Origin: Nymphaea colorata
Taxonomy: Eukaryota
Assembly: GCF_008831285.2 (NCBI RefSeq)
Contig: NC_045138.2
Coordinates: 17,918,001-17,982,000, forward strand
DNA length: 64,000 nt
Direction of reading: 5' to 3'
The number at the start of each line of letters is the position of its first letter. The stretch's first letter is position 1. The position numbers and the translations under genes are program-made. The notes beneath the pieces were generated by a model that was not told where the DNA came from, searched no databases, and saw nothing but the letters and a program-made list of their open reading frames with translations. Below are positions 1 through 13,719 of this stretch, piece after piece.

Positions 1-1220
1 GGGGATTTTTATTCTCGTATAAGACATGGGCAATCATGAATTCGTAGAAAAGTGGGCTTTGAGTTATCAATACATCCTTTGCAAAAAAACCCAAAATTTT
101 AGTTATAAGTGAATATAATTTTTTTTTTTTAGAAAGTAAGGTAGATTTGCTTTGTTGCCCAAATTTTTCATGAAAGAATTATAAAATGATGCTTCATGTT
201 CCAGCAAATAACAAATCACTACTGAACTTCTATAAATTAAGAAATAGGTCAACTTTTGAAACATTTTTTTATAAATCACCTATTGAGGAAGCAAAAGGTT
301 CTTACTGGTTAGGTGAAAGATAGTTCCTCTATAAGGGCAAAGTGAAACGTCTTGTGATTTTCTTTTTGAAAATTACCAAATTGTCTCTCATGGAAAGCCC
401 TCATGGTTATCATGAGTACTCATTGTCCACCAATGTTCATCATCAAAGCAATTAACTTTCATTATTAAACAGGCGACCATAGGGACAACAGGTTAAATCG
501 GCATGGTAAAAATTTTTTACCATTAAATCTGTTTGCATATTAAAAAAAAAACATCAAAGTAAAATGCATTAAATGCGAGGTGGGTCTTGTCATTGCAAGG
601 GATGGCAGTGACCCATACACTGCTACACTACACGGAACTCTAGGTAAGTGTTGTCATTGTAACCCATGGTAAGTTGGGGTTCAGGAGATTTACCTTTCAA
701 GGAGGACTAACCATTGAATTGAATGGCCTCCAAAGGGGTTTCTGTCATTGAGGGGAAATTTTTATTAAATCCAACGTCAAAGCTCACTCATTAATCGGAT
801 CCTTTTTATTAAATCCAACTGACCAAAACTGTCTCAAGGAGTTGGGGGTAGATCATTTAACAGAAAAAGCAAAGCATCAGTTTCTGTATACTTCCTCATC
901 TCTTGCAGACATTGGAGTTAGGAACAACCAACCACCAATCACGTAACAAGATATCAACAACTTGTAATTCAGAAAAAGCCCGAACTCAGAATAGTGCAAT
1001 TTCCTGAATCTTAACTCTTACTTCAAGCACACCAAGTGAATAAAAGAAGCTGATAGAAATTGTAATCCAAAATTCAGAATTAGAAACTGAACCGCTGCTT
1101 GATCCTTAATTTCTTGCAGCAGATTTTTCGTTCATTCTTATTATTAGGGCTTCTTGCTTCCATTGAAACTCTGCCACATTTGTAAACCACGAACTTCTGA
1201 AGCAACCTCTGAATCTGTCA

Positions 1221-2984
1221 CTAGATTCTGTTATATGCAACTGTCTGGCTGAAGAATTGACGGATGCAAACGACTTGAAATATGCTAGTGACCAGCAATG
1301 CCATGTATTCGACGACAGTGTATGAGTATAGTCGCCTCCTGGTACTGGTGTTTGCTGTGACAAACAATAATCAGACTAGTTCGTTAGACAGACAGATAAA
1401 AGTTCAAAACAATTCAAACTTTAAATAATGCAAGACATTGTTCTTTCGATAATCTTCCTTTAGCTTCGTTAGAGAGAGAGAGAGAGAGAGGGAGGGAAAG
1501 AGAGAGATACTGTGCCAATGGCGTTCTTCTCGTGCTTTCAAGTACTTCTGTTCTGCTGTGACAGACTCCAGTGCTTCCCTCAGCTCAGCAATCTTCACAT
1601 TTAATGGATTTAAATGCTCTGCAAGAGAAGGGCGGAAGCCAGTGAGCCACATTGAAAGGTTGATCCACATGGAACATTCTGTAGCCATGTTTGAATTTAA
1701 ATTATGCAACACCTCAAGTATAATATCTATCAATTGAGTACTCGGATCAGTTTTGAGGCAAGGTGTCACAACCACTACCAAAGTCATGTTCATTTGAGCA
1801 TTGTGAAACTTTTATGGAAGTATCTTGAAAACAGTTTTATATATCTAAAATTTTGAAGAAAAAGGATATCTATCCATATATTTAACTCTGTTGCAGCTTC
1901 TCAACTGTAGGAATGACTTGAAAATAATTCTATACATAAGGTCTTAAGAATACAGAAGCATAATACGATTCAGACTTATCCAAAGTTTCACTTGGAACGC
2001 ATCCTCGACAACTTCGTCACAGGAAATTGAAGAAGAAAAGACTGTGTGGTAGAATAGTAAAGCCATGGCCGCATCACTTACCATCTTTCACAATTGGGTC
2101 TTGCTCATTAGGGATGTGGCCTGTGTGTATGTAAAACGTGACGGTCTCGTAAGTTGAAGAAGGATTGTGGAAGCAAATCTTGTACATTCCACTCGCTGGA
2201 GCCTTGAATCTGAACTGGCCAGTAGATGCCTCATCAAGGGAGTAAACTACGTTTCCTGACGGCGAGATCACCTGCACATTATCAAGAGATCAGACCACAT
2301 CACCACCATGAGTGGAAGCAAATTAAAAGAAGTGAATCGGACTACGTCAATTATTTACTGTTTGTGATCTCCACCCAAACGCATGCCAGACATAATTCAC
2401 GTACGGTTCGATAGTAATTTAAGTACTTGGGATTCATTAAGAAAAAGATGCGACATGCCTTTAATTAATAATTGTACTTTGATTTGTATACTATTCCTCT
2501 TACCAAATTAAGGTTGAATCATACCCATTTTTTAGGGGCCATCCGAAATCAAATACATGTAAAAGGAAAATTGGATCTATAATGAGAAATCGAGGTCTTT
2601 TACTCCCGGAGAGATTCATCAGAAAATTTAGGGGAAAATTGCAATTCTTGAGTGAAACAGGATGCATTTTCAGTAGGAATTCTATCAATTAAACATAAAA
2701 ATTCGTCGCATAAGATGAAATATTTCGACATCAAGGCAAAGGCTCACCGAGAAATCGATGCCGGTTTGGTCGTATCTCCAGAAAGCGTCGTGATCATCGA
2801 CGACGAAGCTGCCGGACATGATGTCGCCCTCGGAGATCACGTATTCGGAGATGCACTCGACGTCGTTCAGTGTGACGGTCAGGGCGGAGGAAAGGAGAAA
2901 GGCGTCGGAGATCAGAAGCCCCAGCGAGACAAGGAGGGCCAAGAACAATGGCCGCCTCCGGCTCTGCTCCGCCCGCCCCCCCAT
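1221..2984 (-). CDS. p24/emp24/gp25L family transmembrane cargo receptor (p24beta-like), 4 exons
   Basis: Exons 2984-2748, 2271-2082, 1618-1511, 1354-1221 join in frame via GT-AG introns. Signal peptide (PLFLALLVSLGLL..SSALTVTLNDVECISE), GOLD domain (FRFKAPASGMYKICFHN), coiled coil (LNVKIAELREALESVTAEQKYLKARE), TM helix and tail (YTVVEYMALLVTSIFQVVCIRQFFSQTVAYNRI*) match plant p24beta proteins. Confidence 0.93.
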
Positions 2985-4142
2985 TTCCGAGCGTGACACC
3001 TGCCTCTCCTGTTCGATTCGCGAGCTGATCAGGTTGTTGAAATGCCTGCTTCAATCCGATTCCTTCGTGCCGAGCTCCCTGGTCTGCATTCTCCGTTGCC
3101 AACGCATCAGATCGAGCTCCTGAGTTCTCTTCGACCGGATTGATCGAAATCGAAATTGCTCAATCGTGTTCGATCACGTTCCTTCGATCTGAATCCGGGT
3201 TCTCCAATCCGCCTCTCGTCAAGAGCAGAGCCCCAAGTGGTGGGTTCCTTTACAATAGATTCGGGGCCTTCAGAAGGAGCCACGTTATTCATTTTACAGT
3301 AAACTTCTTTAAAAGCCAACACGTGCATTTTTTAGGAAATTCTCGTTAAAAAATATTGCGGAAAAGCGTTTCTGTTTTGGGGAAATTTTTATTATTTATT
3401 TATAAAAAAACAAGGTTCGTTTTTACAGGATTTTAACAAACCAAATTTGACATAAAACCTAGTTCCTTTTATCTTGAATGCCGAGTTTTTATTAATGAAA
3501 ACAAATCTTATGAATCAAAAATATTTTAAAATAAAAAAATTGGCAATTTTAGTTAGTGGCGGAGATATATGGGGTTGGTGTGAGTACCGTTAATAGTTAT
3601 TGGAGTACTTTAATGTGTCGGATGATTGAAAATTTAAAATTTAAAATCCATCTCTAAAACTACCATAAACTGTTGCTAATCTATTGCTAATACCTATGTA
3701 ATGACTTTTTTTTAGTGATAAATTTTACATTTTAACCATTCAATAACATCCATATTCTAATAACTTAAAATATTATATTAATATACTTTTAATTATAATA
3801 TATAATTATAATAGATATCTTTATAACAAAGAGAAAAAACGTTCCAAAGGCACTGAATCGAATTTGGTTGATGAATCTAAGAAATAGCGATATCTCTCCG
3901 ACAAATTTGAATGCTCATGTGTTCATTATCGACATCTGTAATGAAGATTTTACTTATCTGGAATCTTTCATTGCTATATTAATTCAAGGGGTATGTCTAC
4001 AAGCTAATGAATGACATCTCGAGGCTATAGATTCACACACACACACACACACACGCTTTGGGGGGAGCGCGAGTACAAGCTTAGTGTGCACCAGACCAGC
4101 CTAATAGAATTAACGATGTGGGCTTGGCTTCGACCAGCCTGC

Positions 4143-5368
4143 CTAGACGAGGGCGCCACCCTTGAGGTACTCGGTGAAGACCAAGGCCACCAGACCGAGC
4201 ATCGCGATCCTGCCATTCCACAGCTCGGCATCCGATGTCATCACCCCACCGGACCTGGCCTGCGCGCTCACGCCCTTGAACATGGGCACGAGTGAGGCCA
4301 GCGAGAGCAGCGCCGTCGCCCCGGCGAACCACCACAGTCCGCCGCTGCCCAACTGGGAGGCCAAGTCGTCGCCCTTGGTCAACTCGACCGCCATTGCCGC
4401 GACGAAGCCCACCATGGCCAGCCTGCCGTTGATCCGCTCCGGCGCCGGTCCTCCGAACGCCAGCACGTCCGAGAACTTGGTGCTGACCTGCGACCACATT
4501 CGTTTGAGTCGGCATCTTATGCGGCAATAGGAACAAAATTAAACATGCCATCAAAGTTGGTTCAAATTTTGAATTCAAGTTGAAAATATTGGTGGAACTC
4601 TAAATGAAATTCATTTTTTAACACGCCCCAAGAACTATATCGGGATCTAAATTTAATGATCTAAGAATGAAGTGGGCTAATCCATTAGTGGAGCTACTTA
4701 TGGGTTGGTGTCTGGTGTCGGCCACTACTCATTCCATAATCCAGTACTCTAGCCACATGCGGTGCCCACACCAAACTCTAGTTGGTTGGTGACATCAGCT
4801 TACCTTTGGTGTGGCCGGACTAGATTTAGGCGGGGCTGGTGTCGGCGCAGTCACTGGTGCTTGCTGTTCCTTGGGGCCATCCTGCATAATCACCAATGTT
4901 TAGCTACTTGACTAACAAGTGAGACAAAATCTAATATAAGGGGTGTTTGATAAGAACATAGTGTTCTTGAAACACATGTTTGAAAGAAGGCCATGTTCTT
5001 GTTGTAGATGTAGAGTACCGTGGTTTGATTATGTCCAATATTTGATCGTTGAATTTAAAAAAAAAACATTCAGAAGTAATTCATGCTTATTAGAACAAGA
5101 ACATTCCAATTATTGAGTATAACGTGTTTTGAAAATATAATGTTCTTGTTACCAACACTAAAACTATATAGAAGCAGCAATTACGTTAAATCTCTCTAAA
5201 AATGTAGTTTGGCAGAAGATTATACGATCTAATCACCTCGATCGACGATTTGACGGAGAAAGCGTTGCGCCTCTGATAAGGGAGACGCGTGGCATGCAGC
5301 CGAGCAGTTCCACCAATCAGAGGCCTCGATGGCGCCACGAGGGATCGAAGTGCAGCTGACGTGGCCAT
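4143..5368 (-). CDS. ELIP: Early light-induced protein (LHC-like, chloroplast), 3 exons
   Basis: Exons 5368-5237, 4881-4804, 4487-4143, all phase-0 GT-AG. Transit peptide, Pro-rich linker, then STKFSDVLAFGGPAPERINGRLAMVGF and DAELWNGRIAMLGLVAL chlorophyll a/b-binding motifs typical of ELIPs. Confidence 0.95.
4940..5158. mobile_element. Tourist-like MITE in ELIP intron 1
   Basis: Imperfect terminal inverted repeats GGGTGTTTGATAAGAACA ... TGTTCTTGTTACCAACAC, TAA on both flanks, about 220 bp, AT-rich and non-coding. Confidence 0.5.
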
Positions 5369-5541
5369 ATGAACTTATAGGTAGGTAGCTTACAAGGGAA
5401 TCGTGAAGGGAAGAGCAAAATCAATACAAAGGAGAGAGAAGTTGGTGGCCTTGAAATTGAAATTGTGGGAAGTGAAGAGGAGATGAGGAGGAGCTAAATA
5501 GAGGGAAGGGGCGCCTCAAAGTAGAGGCTCAGTTTCATGCA

Positions 5542-5680
5542 ACGTCATCGTGCGATCTCGGCCTTACACGTGGAAGCTCGTGGCTTCTTTCTTTTCACGC
5601 TCTCGTGGTGGTTAACGGAGCCACAAAGCCCTACCGAGCACGGGACGTCTAGAAGGTTCCAACGGGGTGAATTACGTGCT
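5542..5680 (-). promoter_or_regulatory. ELIP promoter: G-box/ACGT elements plus HSE-like element
   Basis: CACGTGG at 5567, further ACGT cores near 5542, 5645 and 5674, and GTCtaGAAggTTC at 5647-5659, about 170-310 bp upstream of the ELIP ATG. Confidence 0.6.
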
Positions 5681-8088
5681 ACCGCTTTGAAACACACAGC
5701 CGCATGGCGTGGACGATGGCACGCTTCCCTCTTTTTTCCAAAATTTCACATGGAATTAAAATTCACATTATTTAATGAATTTTGAATTGGAACTGAAATT
5801 TCAAATTAAAAGTTATTTGAAAGCAATATAAAACTGAAAAGTATATATTTGATTTTATTGTAGGACAATAATAAATCCGAGGAAGCATTCCATGTGCTAG
5901 CATTGGAGAACATATTCCCATGTTTTACTACACCTTGCTAGGGGCCATAATATATATAAATCAGCAGTTCAACCTGCCTATTGCATGTACATCGATGTTG
6001 AATCTTATGGTAGTGAGATCTAGATTTGGTTAAAAATGAGTACAGTCTGGGCCCGAATCCTGGGTTATGATAAGGTGAGATTCATTAAAAGCTGAATCTG
6101 ACTGGAGTCCAAATTAAGGGTTTACCTAGCTACTTATGATCTAAAAACAACAGAGATAGTTTGACATGAGGAACACCAGTGAGTATTTCATGAATCCGTC
6201 TCAAAATCGATGCAAAATCATAAAACTCTTAAACAATAGAGTAAATGTTTGATGCTTCTATTTTGAAATAAAGTCACGAAACACTCGCAGGGCATTCCTA
6301 ATTCAAACATACCTTTTGGAATTGAACCTCTAAGAGTAAAAAATTACAGAGTCTCTCTCTCTCTCTCTGTTACAGCTCATCCTTCGTCTACTGCTGGGTG
6401 ACTCTGTTGTCCCGTCTGTGCACTCTCTCTCCACCTCTCTTATTATGTTTTATTGTACTGTTAACTTGTATATTTCATTTTTCTATTTTGTTTTTGCGGT
6501 TTGTTCTTGTAGTTAGAAGACTTCTTGTCCCCAAATTTTGTTATATATTTCTATTTTATCGACTCTCTTACATGCATTCTGACAGGAGTTCTCTCTCTCT
6601 CACTCACATACAATAGGCAGTACTTGTTTTTCAAGAGAAGTCATCCTTATCCCACCTTTTTGCTTAACTTTCTTTCTCTCATGGCTTGGATTGTCAAAGT
6701 GGAAAGAGTGGCTTTGAATAAAAGGACAGGTCACATGCAATAGACTTTAGACTGCCCACATCCAAATCCAGTGGCCCAAGCCTGCAAAAAAAGTTTACAT
6801 TAAAGGAAAATAATCTTTCTGTATTCCTAACTAGTCGTCATCAAGTCTTTCTTGTTATAGTGATCAATTTAATATGTGCTGGTGCAGACTTTGATATCAA
6901 AAGAATAATTACCTTCCCTATTCAGAGTTGTTTGGTAAACATAACATTTTGCAAATGTTTCATGAATCTGCCCTAAAGATTATTGGAGCAGATTCATGAA
7001 CACATTTTTCTAGTGCTTTATAATATATTCCAATGTAAATTCATGGAAAACTACCAAATGCCCCCCTAGACGGTTTGGTGGGAAGAACATTGTTTGAGTG
7101 TTATACGAATCTACCCCAAATATTGAGGTAACAAATTAAACCATCGTTTCATAAATCTATCTCAATATTAAGACAGATTCATACAACACTCATATAGTGT
7201 TCTGATCCAACAAAAGCCTTTTTTTTTTTCTTTCTAAGTTTATATAGAAGCAACCATAGTTTGATCAGATCAGGTAGGTATAATAAACTTGGATATTTGA
7301 TGAGTATGATCGGCCATTGAAGCACTAGAACTTGACAGATTTGTAAGATTTTATATGGGAGACCATCTCCCAGCAGCATTGCACCTAAGAATTTATCTCA
7401 TGTCAAAAGGTCTATCATTATGATCCTAGATTCAACTTTAAAGAACATATTCCTAATTGCAAGAAATATTGCTTAATTCTATATTGGCACCGAATCAACC
7501 ATGTAGATAACATCTGTTTGTAAAAATTAAATCTTTATATATACTTTTCTTGAGAAAACAGATAAGAAAATCATGTGCTATAGATACTTGTACTTAATTG
7601 TTATATTTCACTAGTCATAATCTCGATTAAATAATTTAAATCAGCATGTGAATGTCAAAATTGTCAATGAAAATATACTCACTTAATTAAAACCAAGTGA
7701 CAGATTGACTGATAAATCAAAAATTTATTTCTTATTTCACTAAGTGCTAAACAGAAGTTAGAAAAGGAAAAACCTAGAAAGGGGGAGACAAATACATTTG
7801 ATATGCAAGGTAATCAACTTTCTCTACATGAGAAAAATATCAGAAAATCGGAGGGAAAACAAATGTAGTGCTGATTGCAGAGGAAAGAAAATATGCGAGG
7901 TGTATCAGCTCTCCCATGAACCATCTGAGGGAGAGAAGCAGAAACCAGATAGGCTAGGGCTCCTGCTGCCACATCAATCTCCACATCTCCATGGCATCTC
8001 CCCTGTAAACTTACTCTTGCACCTCTCCTTCTCAACCCACATGCCATGCACACTCTCTGCTGCAGAGAAGCCAAGTTCACCATCACCA

Positions 8089-9260
8089 TTAAGACAGCCC
8101 ACCCACCTTCCCAATTGGCCCAACTTGCTCTCCTTGTGCCCAGACAGAGACCATTTCTGCTATTCTCTCCTCCATATCCACAGAACCCACCTCCTTCATG
8201 AATTCTGGTGCACCTCCCTCAACCTTGGCAGTGGAGGTCTCAGTTGCCAAGAGATTGTCATTTGGGTTGCTCAGAATTGCACCCATTTCTGCTACTTTCT
8301 GCAGCAGAGCAGTAGCTGAAGTGTGAGGAGGAGGGACGCTGAAGAGGTTGGCCATGTGGGCTTCTTGAGGATGATGGTTGTGCTGTGAAGGGTAGATTGT
8401 GAAAGATGGGAGGAGGAGAGAGGTTGGTTCGAGAAGGAGAGAGGAGGTTTCTAGAAGATTGGGCTCTTGATTACTGAGAGATGGGAAGCTGTGGAGAAGG
8501 GAAGGTTGGGTTTTGGATGGTAGGGTTGAGGAAGGTAGTAGGGGCTTCAGTGGTGCTGAGGGCCTTGCATTTTCTTCTGCCAAGGCGTTGCAGAAGGCTC
8601 TGTGGGTTATGAAACTGTCCTTCCTGCAGAAAGAAAACAGAACAAAGACAAATGCAAGGTTGAGAGAGATAAAGAGAGAGAGCTTGTACATGTTGGCGCT
8701 TCCATTAATCCATGCACAACAGACAAAATGGCTCTCAATTTCAGTGAAAACATTTGAGCATAAACAACAAAGAAAAGAAAACAGCAGTATCAAGATATAG
8801 GGTTCAATCCATTGCATGGGTATAAGTTTGTAACCCGATCTTCTTTTACTTGGAAATGAATATGAAAAATAAGTTGATTACTGTTCGAGTACAAATCATG
8901 AAGCATCAAAGGGATACAGGCTCCCGAACATGCACGAACATATTAAAGTGTACATATTCAATTCTGAGATCTAGAAAACGAAATCAGCAGGCAAAGCAGC
9001 AAATCAGATCCTTCATCGACGTCTAGAATTTTTAAATGAACATATAAAAAGAAACCAGCAAGCGGAGTCATGCATAAAAGACAGATAAGTACGTGCACTA
9101 TACGGATCTACCTCCAAAACAAATATGTTCATGTAAACTAATAACTTGCTTGTTTGATCAGCAGCTCTGCTCTAGAAAGAAACTATTATGGGCATCAAAG
9201 ACAAAAAAGAAGAGAGGAAAAAGATTGTTGGATGGTCTTCGCTCTGTGTGTGTGTGTGTC

Positions 9261-9300
<40 letters not shown>

Positions 9301-10131
9301 AGAGAGAGATGAAAGGTTCATTTATGAGAAACAGGATAAAGAGAAGGACAGAAGTAAAAATTCAGAGGTTAGAGAGAAAAAAAACCATTAAATGCATCTT
9401 AAATTCCCCACGGACACTCTTCAATCTTTATGAAAAACAATTAGAAATTTTTCTACAGAGAGCAACCCATGGGAGTACCTAGAGAAAACAGTGCCACAAT
9501 CACATCTATACTCCCTTTTCGCGCATGCCTTGATATGAGCCTTCCAGTCAGACTGCACTGCGTATCTCTTTGAACATTTCTCACACTTCCACTTCCTCTC
9601 CCCATGCTTCCTGCAAAAATGCTTCTTGATTCCTGTGAGGTCACCCAGAGCCCTTGATGGCTCATGGTGGACGCAACATGGCTCTGGGCAAACATAGACT
9701 TTCTTCCTAATCTCTTGCCCTGTCCTCTGCCTTAGCTTCCATGGCAGATTGTGGCCTCTTCTGTGGAGCTGCAGATTCTGGTCTCTCTGGAACCCCTTGT
9801 TGCAAATCTCACATATGAATCTATTGGTAGCCATGAGAGTCTTTGGAGATAGAGCAATGACTTCTGCATCAGGATCTGCACAGGCCCACAGAGTGGACAA
9901 AAGGTGAGAAGTTTAGACATATGATAGCTTTGGAACCGAACAAAAATAGATTTTAAATTCGAACCAACCGGGATTCCCAGGAAGATTTCTTCTCCTCTTC
10001 ATAGGCTGTTGACGGGAGAGAAGAGGAGCGAAGGCTGTGAAAATGGGAGTCCGGGCTCCCACGTGGAATTCTTCTCTGCCTTTATTGCTAGAAGAAGATA
10101 CGCTGGCCTCTTCAGAAATTGAACTGGACAT
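8089..10131 (-). CDS. INDETERMINATE-DOMAIN (IDD/BIRD) C2H2 zinc-finger transcription factor, 3 exons
   Basis: Exons 10131-9969, 9875-9479, 8623-8089. KRRRNLPGNP|DPDAEVIALSPKTLMATNRFICEICNKGFQRDQNLQLHRRGH ... CDCGTVFSR|KDSFITHRAFC is the ID domain; HTSATALLQKVAEMGA is a variant of the MSATALLQKAA box. Confidence 0.95.
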
Positions 10132-13100
10132 GGCGGTGGAGGGAGAGAGTTATACAATTCAGATTCTAGTTTGAGGAATGGAGAGAGATATACAACTAAA
10201 ACTGTAGTTTTTGAAGCATTTAGCAGCAGCCTTCTTTCTTTTTTGTCTTTTTGGAGCTCAAATCCCCACCCATCAACGACAGTAAGATTTCTGAGGCCAG
10301 AAAGGCTTCATTTTCTTTCCCTCCCTGTTCTACTTTCACACTCTGATAGTTTTCCAGTAGTCCAAGAACATTATTCCTTCAAAAGAACAGAAAGGGAATC
10401 GGATCCCGTGAAGGGGATTATGATGAGCGATTCTCAGCAAGCGTCGTTATCCAACTCTGCCGTGCTTGTCTAAGACTACGATGGCCTGACCTGTAATCAT
10501 GAATACCATCATTTCTCTGTACATAAAACGGCGTCTCTGATGAAAAAGTATATCTACATGTCATGAATTCACTCTCTTTTGGAACAGTGAGCTCGAAGAG
10601 AGCCTTGGGTCTCTTTCTAGAGATGGAAAACACAGAAACAGTAAATCGGTAGTGAAGAAAATGTGCTACTCTTAGAAGCAAGATGTGAGTAATGTGATGA
10701 ATGATGATTATGATTGAAGACAGAGATCTCGTTCGAGAGCCACTTCGACAATGTTCCAGATTAGCGAAAGGAGAGGAGATAAAAAGGAAACGCCCACAAG
10801 GAAAAAGGAGAAGCAGTAGAGCAGAAAGCAGCAGCCTGTCATACCCAAGAGAGGAATCATTCAGACTGATACCATCTTTTTCTCCTTGAAGAAAATTTCA
10901 TTTATGGCGCTAACATTTTGTCCACACTCTGAAATAGGTACCCCAAAATTTTCTAATTTCAATAATTCGTGCCTCAGTTTCCAGACATTTGTCAGATAGA
11001 CGAGTCTCTTGTTTTGGGACATGCAGCCTTTTCATGGGTTCTGATACAGCGGAGCTAGACTAGTTTCCACCTAACAGGTGAAGCTGTTATTTTCATTCTG
11101 GTTCAATTTAACCAATACATGGTCTGAATTAAAGAGACAACTGTTTGACAAATTGAAGAAAACCAGAGGCTCCTAACAAAACTTAGAAGTGTGAATGTCT
11201 TATGTGGATTTAGGTAGATCTTGAAATGTAGTAGAAATCTTTACGACAGTGGAGTGGAGCCAGAAATTTTTTGTTGAGGGGCACTGACGGGTCTTTTGCT
11301 TAGTAAAAGTGTTTGCAGGACATTGAGGAAGGCCTGGTGTGGGCACCACATGTGGGTGGACTCAGGTCCAGCTCAGTCGTAATAAATTTTTTTAAGGACT
11401 TGCGTGGGCAGTGGCCCACACCAGTACTAGTGCTGGGGAAAGAAATTGGCACCAAAGGGCTCTTCATTTGAGAGAAAATTAGTTGGAAGGCTTATGTAGT
11501 TGTACCTTGAATGATCTTTGTTAAAGTTAGCAGCATCACTGCTCCTCTACTTTTCAATAACGTGTATGATTGATTCATTGATTGTCTAACGGTTACACAC
11601 GCCTCTCTTAGTTGCATCTCTCTCTCTCTCTCTCTTTCTCTGTGTGTGTGTGTGTGCGTGCGTGTGTGTGTGTAGGCTTTCTTTCACAGTTAGTATTGTT
11701 ACCGACCAGCTTAATCAAGTATAAGACACTTACAGTACAAAGACTAGCTGGTTAATAAAATAAAATCACGTCTAAGTTATCTTTTCAAATTTAAACTGTC
11801 AAATATACTCTGTCCTTGTGTCTGCTGGTTATCCCCTCTTTTCTTTTCGTTTCTCTTTTTAAGAAATTGGCGGCAGCTTTTTATGACAGGTAAAACTCAA
11901 GGTGTTTCTTGGTGGGCACCTCTGGTATAGTAGTTAAGTACAATAATTAAACCTTTTTTTCCTTCCTTTGGCAGCAGCAATAATAGTTTGGTGGGAGTTA
12001 TGGGCAAAAGACACAAGAAACCCACGCCTGCACTTCCTGCTTTTTCCTTCTGTTAACTCTCTGTTGTGCTCTTCTTTGTCTCTGCTTTCTGATCCGATGC
12101 ATATGCTTGCAGGCAGAAAGGGTAGAAACTTAACCCCACCATTGGTAGCAATACTAGAGCTCTACCACTTTTCCTTTTCCACCTCTTTCTACAGCGGTAT
12201 TGTGAAAACCAGAAATTGAGCAGAATTGGCCAATTGCTGATTCACTTGTTTAGTTTATGAAACAGTATAGAATGCTGCTAAATTTGTTCTCAAAAAGCAA
12301 ATATCAATATATAACTAATTGAAAACAAGATAAGAACTCAAAATATTTTGAAGATAATAAAACCAATAAAATACGACAAGCACCTTAGAATGGCCGGCGA
12401 ATCGAACTAATCTGCTGCCAATATGAGTTCGAGTCGACAATTCATCGTTTTTACACCACTGAGTCAGAGGATGGGGCTGCGCAGAGTTTCCAATCCGTAT
12501 ATCCATGGCATTTTGGCGCCAATTTGGATGCTTGGTTATCTTAAAACAGGGCTGGTGTGGCCAGTTGCTTATACAGACCAACAAAAAAAATGCTTATTTT
12601 GATATTGATATTTCAGAATAATTTTCTCGTTTTCATCTTGATGCCTCTTAAAATTTTAAAAATTTTATAGCTAGAAATTTCTTAACCATATTTTTTGCTC
12701 CGCCCAGGTCTCAAAAGTTTATTTTATTTGTTTTCTTTAAAGTCTTGAAATTTGAATGCCACGAAAGAAGAGTAGTGATAGCTGTATTAAACTCAACAAG
12801 ATTTTTTCTGCAGGCTGTCAATTGAAAAGAATATTATATAATTTTTCTAAAATAAAAACTTATAAAAGGAGACACTTTCTATTCTAATTCTATCTTTTTG
12901 ACATATATTTTGCTATGGAAGAAAGAAATAGTTTACTGGATCACATACTGATCTGAATATAGTTAAAGCTTACGGTAATGCTCATGGAGCTCATATTTCC
13001 CGGACATACACATATGTCTATCTTGGAGTCCACCTTTTTCGTAGTCACACACGATCAGCTAAATACCATTTGATTATGGGAATATTTGTTAGAGGATTGT

Positions 13101-13640
13101 GTATGACTTGATCTAGCTACCTCTTCCCATTTATTTAGAGTTCTTGCTCAAATGATTTCATTAATGATCTATTTTTTCTGATCTATTTTGGCTTTGCTTG
13201 TTTGTTTTGATTTACACCAAGATCCCCTTCTCTCTGCTTAACTCTTCTTCCTCTTCCACATCTTCTTGTCAACCCAAAGCTATGTTGTCACTGCCAATTA
13301 GGAAATTAAGCAATAAAGAGAGCTTGCGTACATTGAATGCTTAATTAAATGGCAAACATTTGAAACGACACGATCTATGGAAGAGCCTCACAAGAAACAA
13401 GAAACAAAACCAGAATTCTCCTCAACCAACAGCTCTATCTGTAAATAAACACTTGTACAGCAAAACATTATCTTACATTTTTAGTCAGACCTGTTCTTTT
13501 TAAGAAACCAGCAATTTTTGCGACTATGATTATCTATTCAACCTTTCATGATTCATTTCCTTGACCAGAGATCCAAATTCAGGTAGAATCCCAATATAAG
13601 CAGCCCTTGGTCAAAGAAAACACACAAGCACTCACGTATG

Positions 13641-13650
<10 letters not shown>

Positions 13651-13716
<66 letters not shown>
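13651..13716. repeat. (TA)n microsatellite (others near 16485, 16597, 22395, 34817, 36282; (GA)/(CT) and (GT) tracts near 1470, 9245, 11617, 31231)
   Basis: Directly visible dinucleotide runs. Confidence 0.95.

Positions 13717-13719
<3 letters not shown>

Noticed and set aside
3200..3330. ER-stress elements upstream of the p24 gene
   Set aside because: CCACGT and CACGTG cores are present, but the spacing does not match ERSE/UPRE consensus well enough.
4011..4578. Overlapping and antisense ORFs over ELIP exon 3 (likewise over p24 exon 1, IDD and Hsf exons)
   Set aside because: Shadow frames of GC-rich coding exons with no independent motifs.
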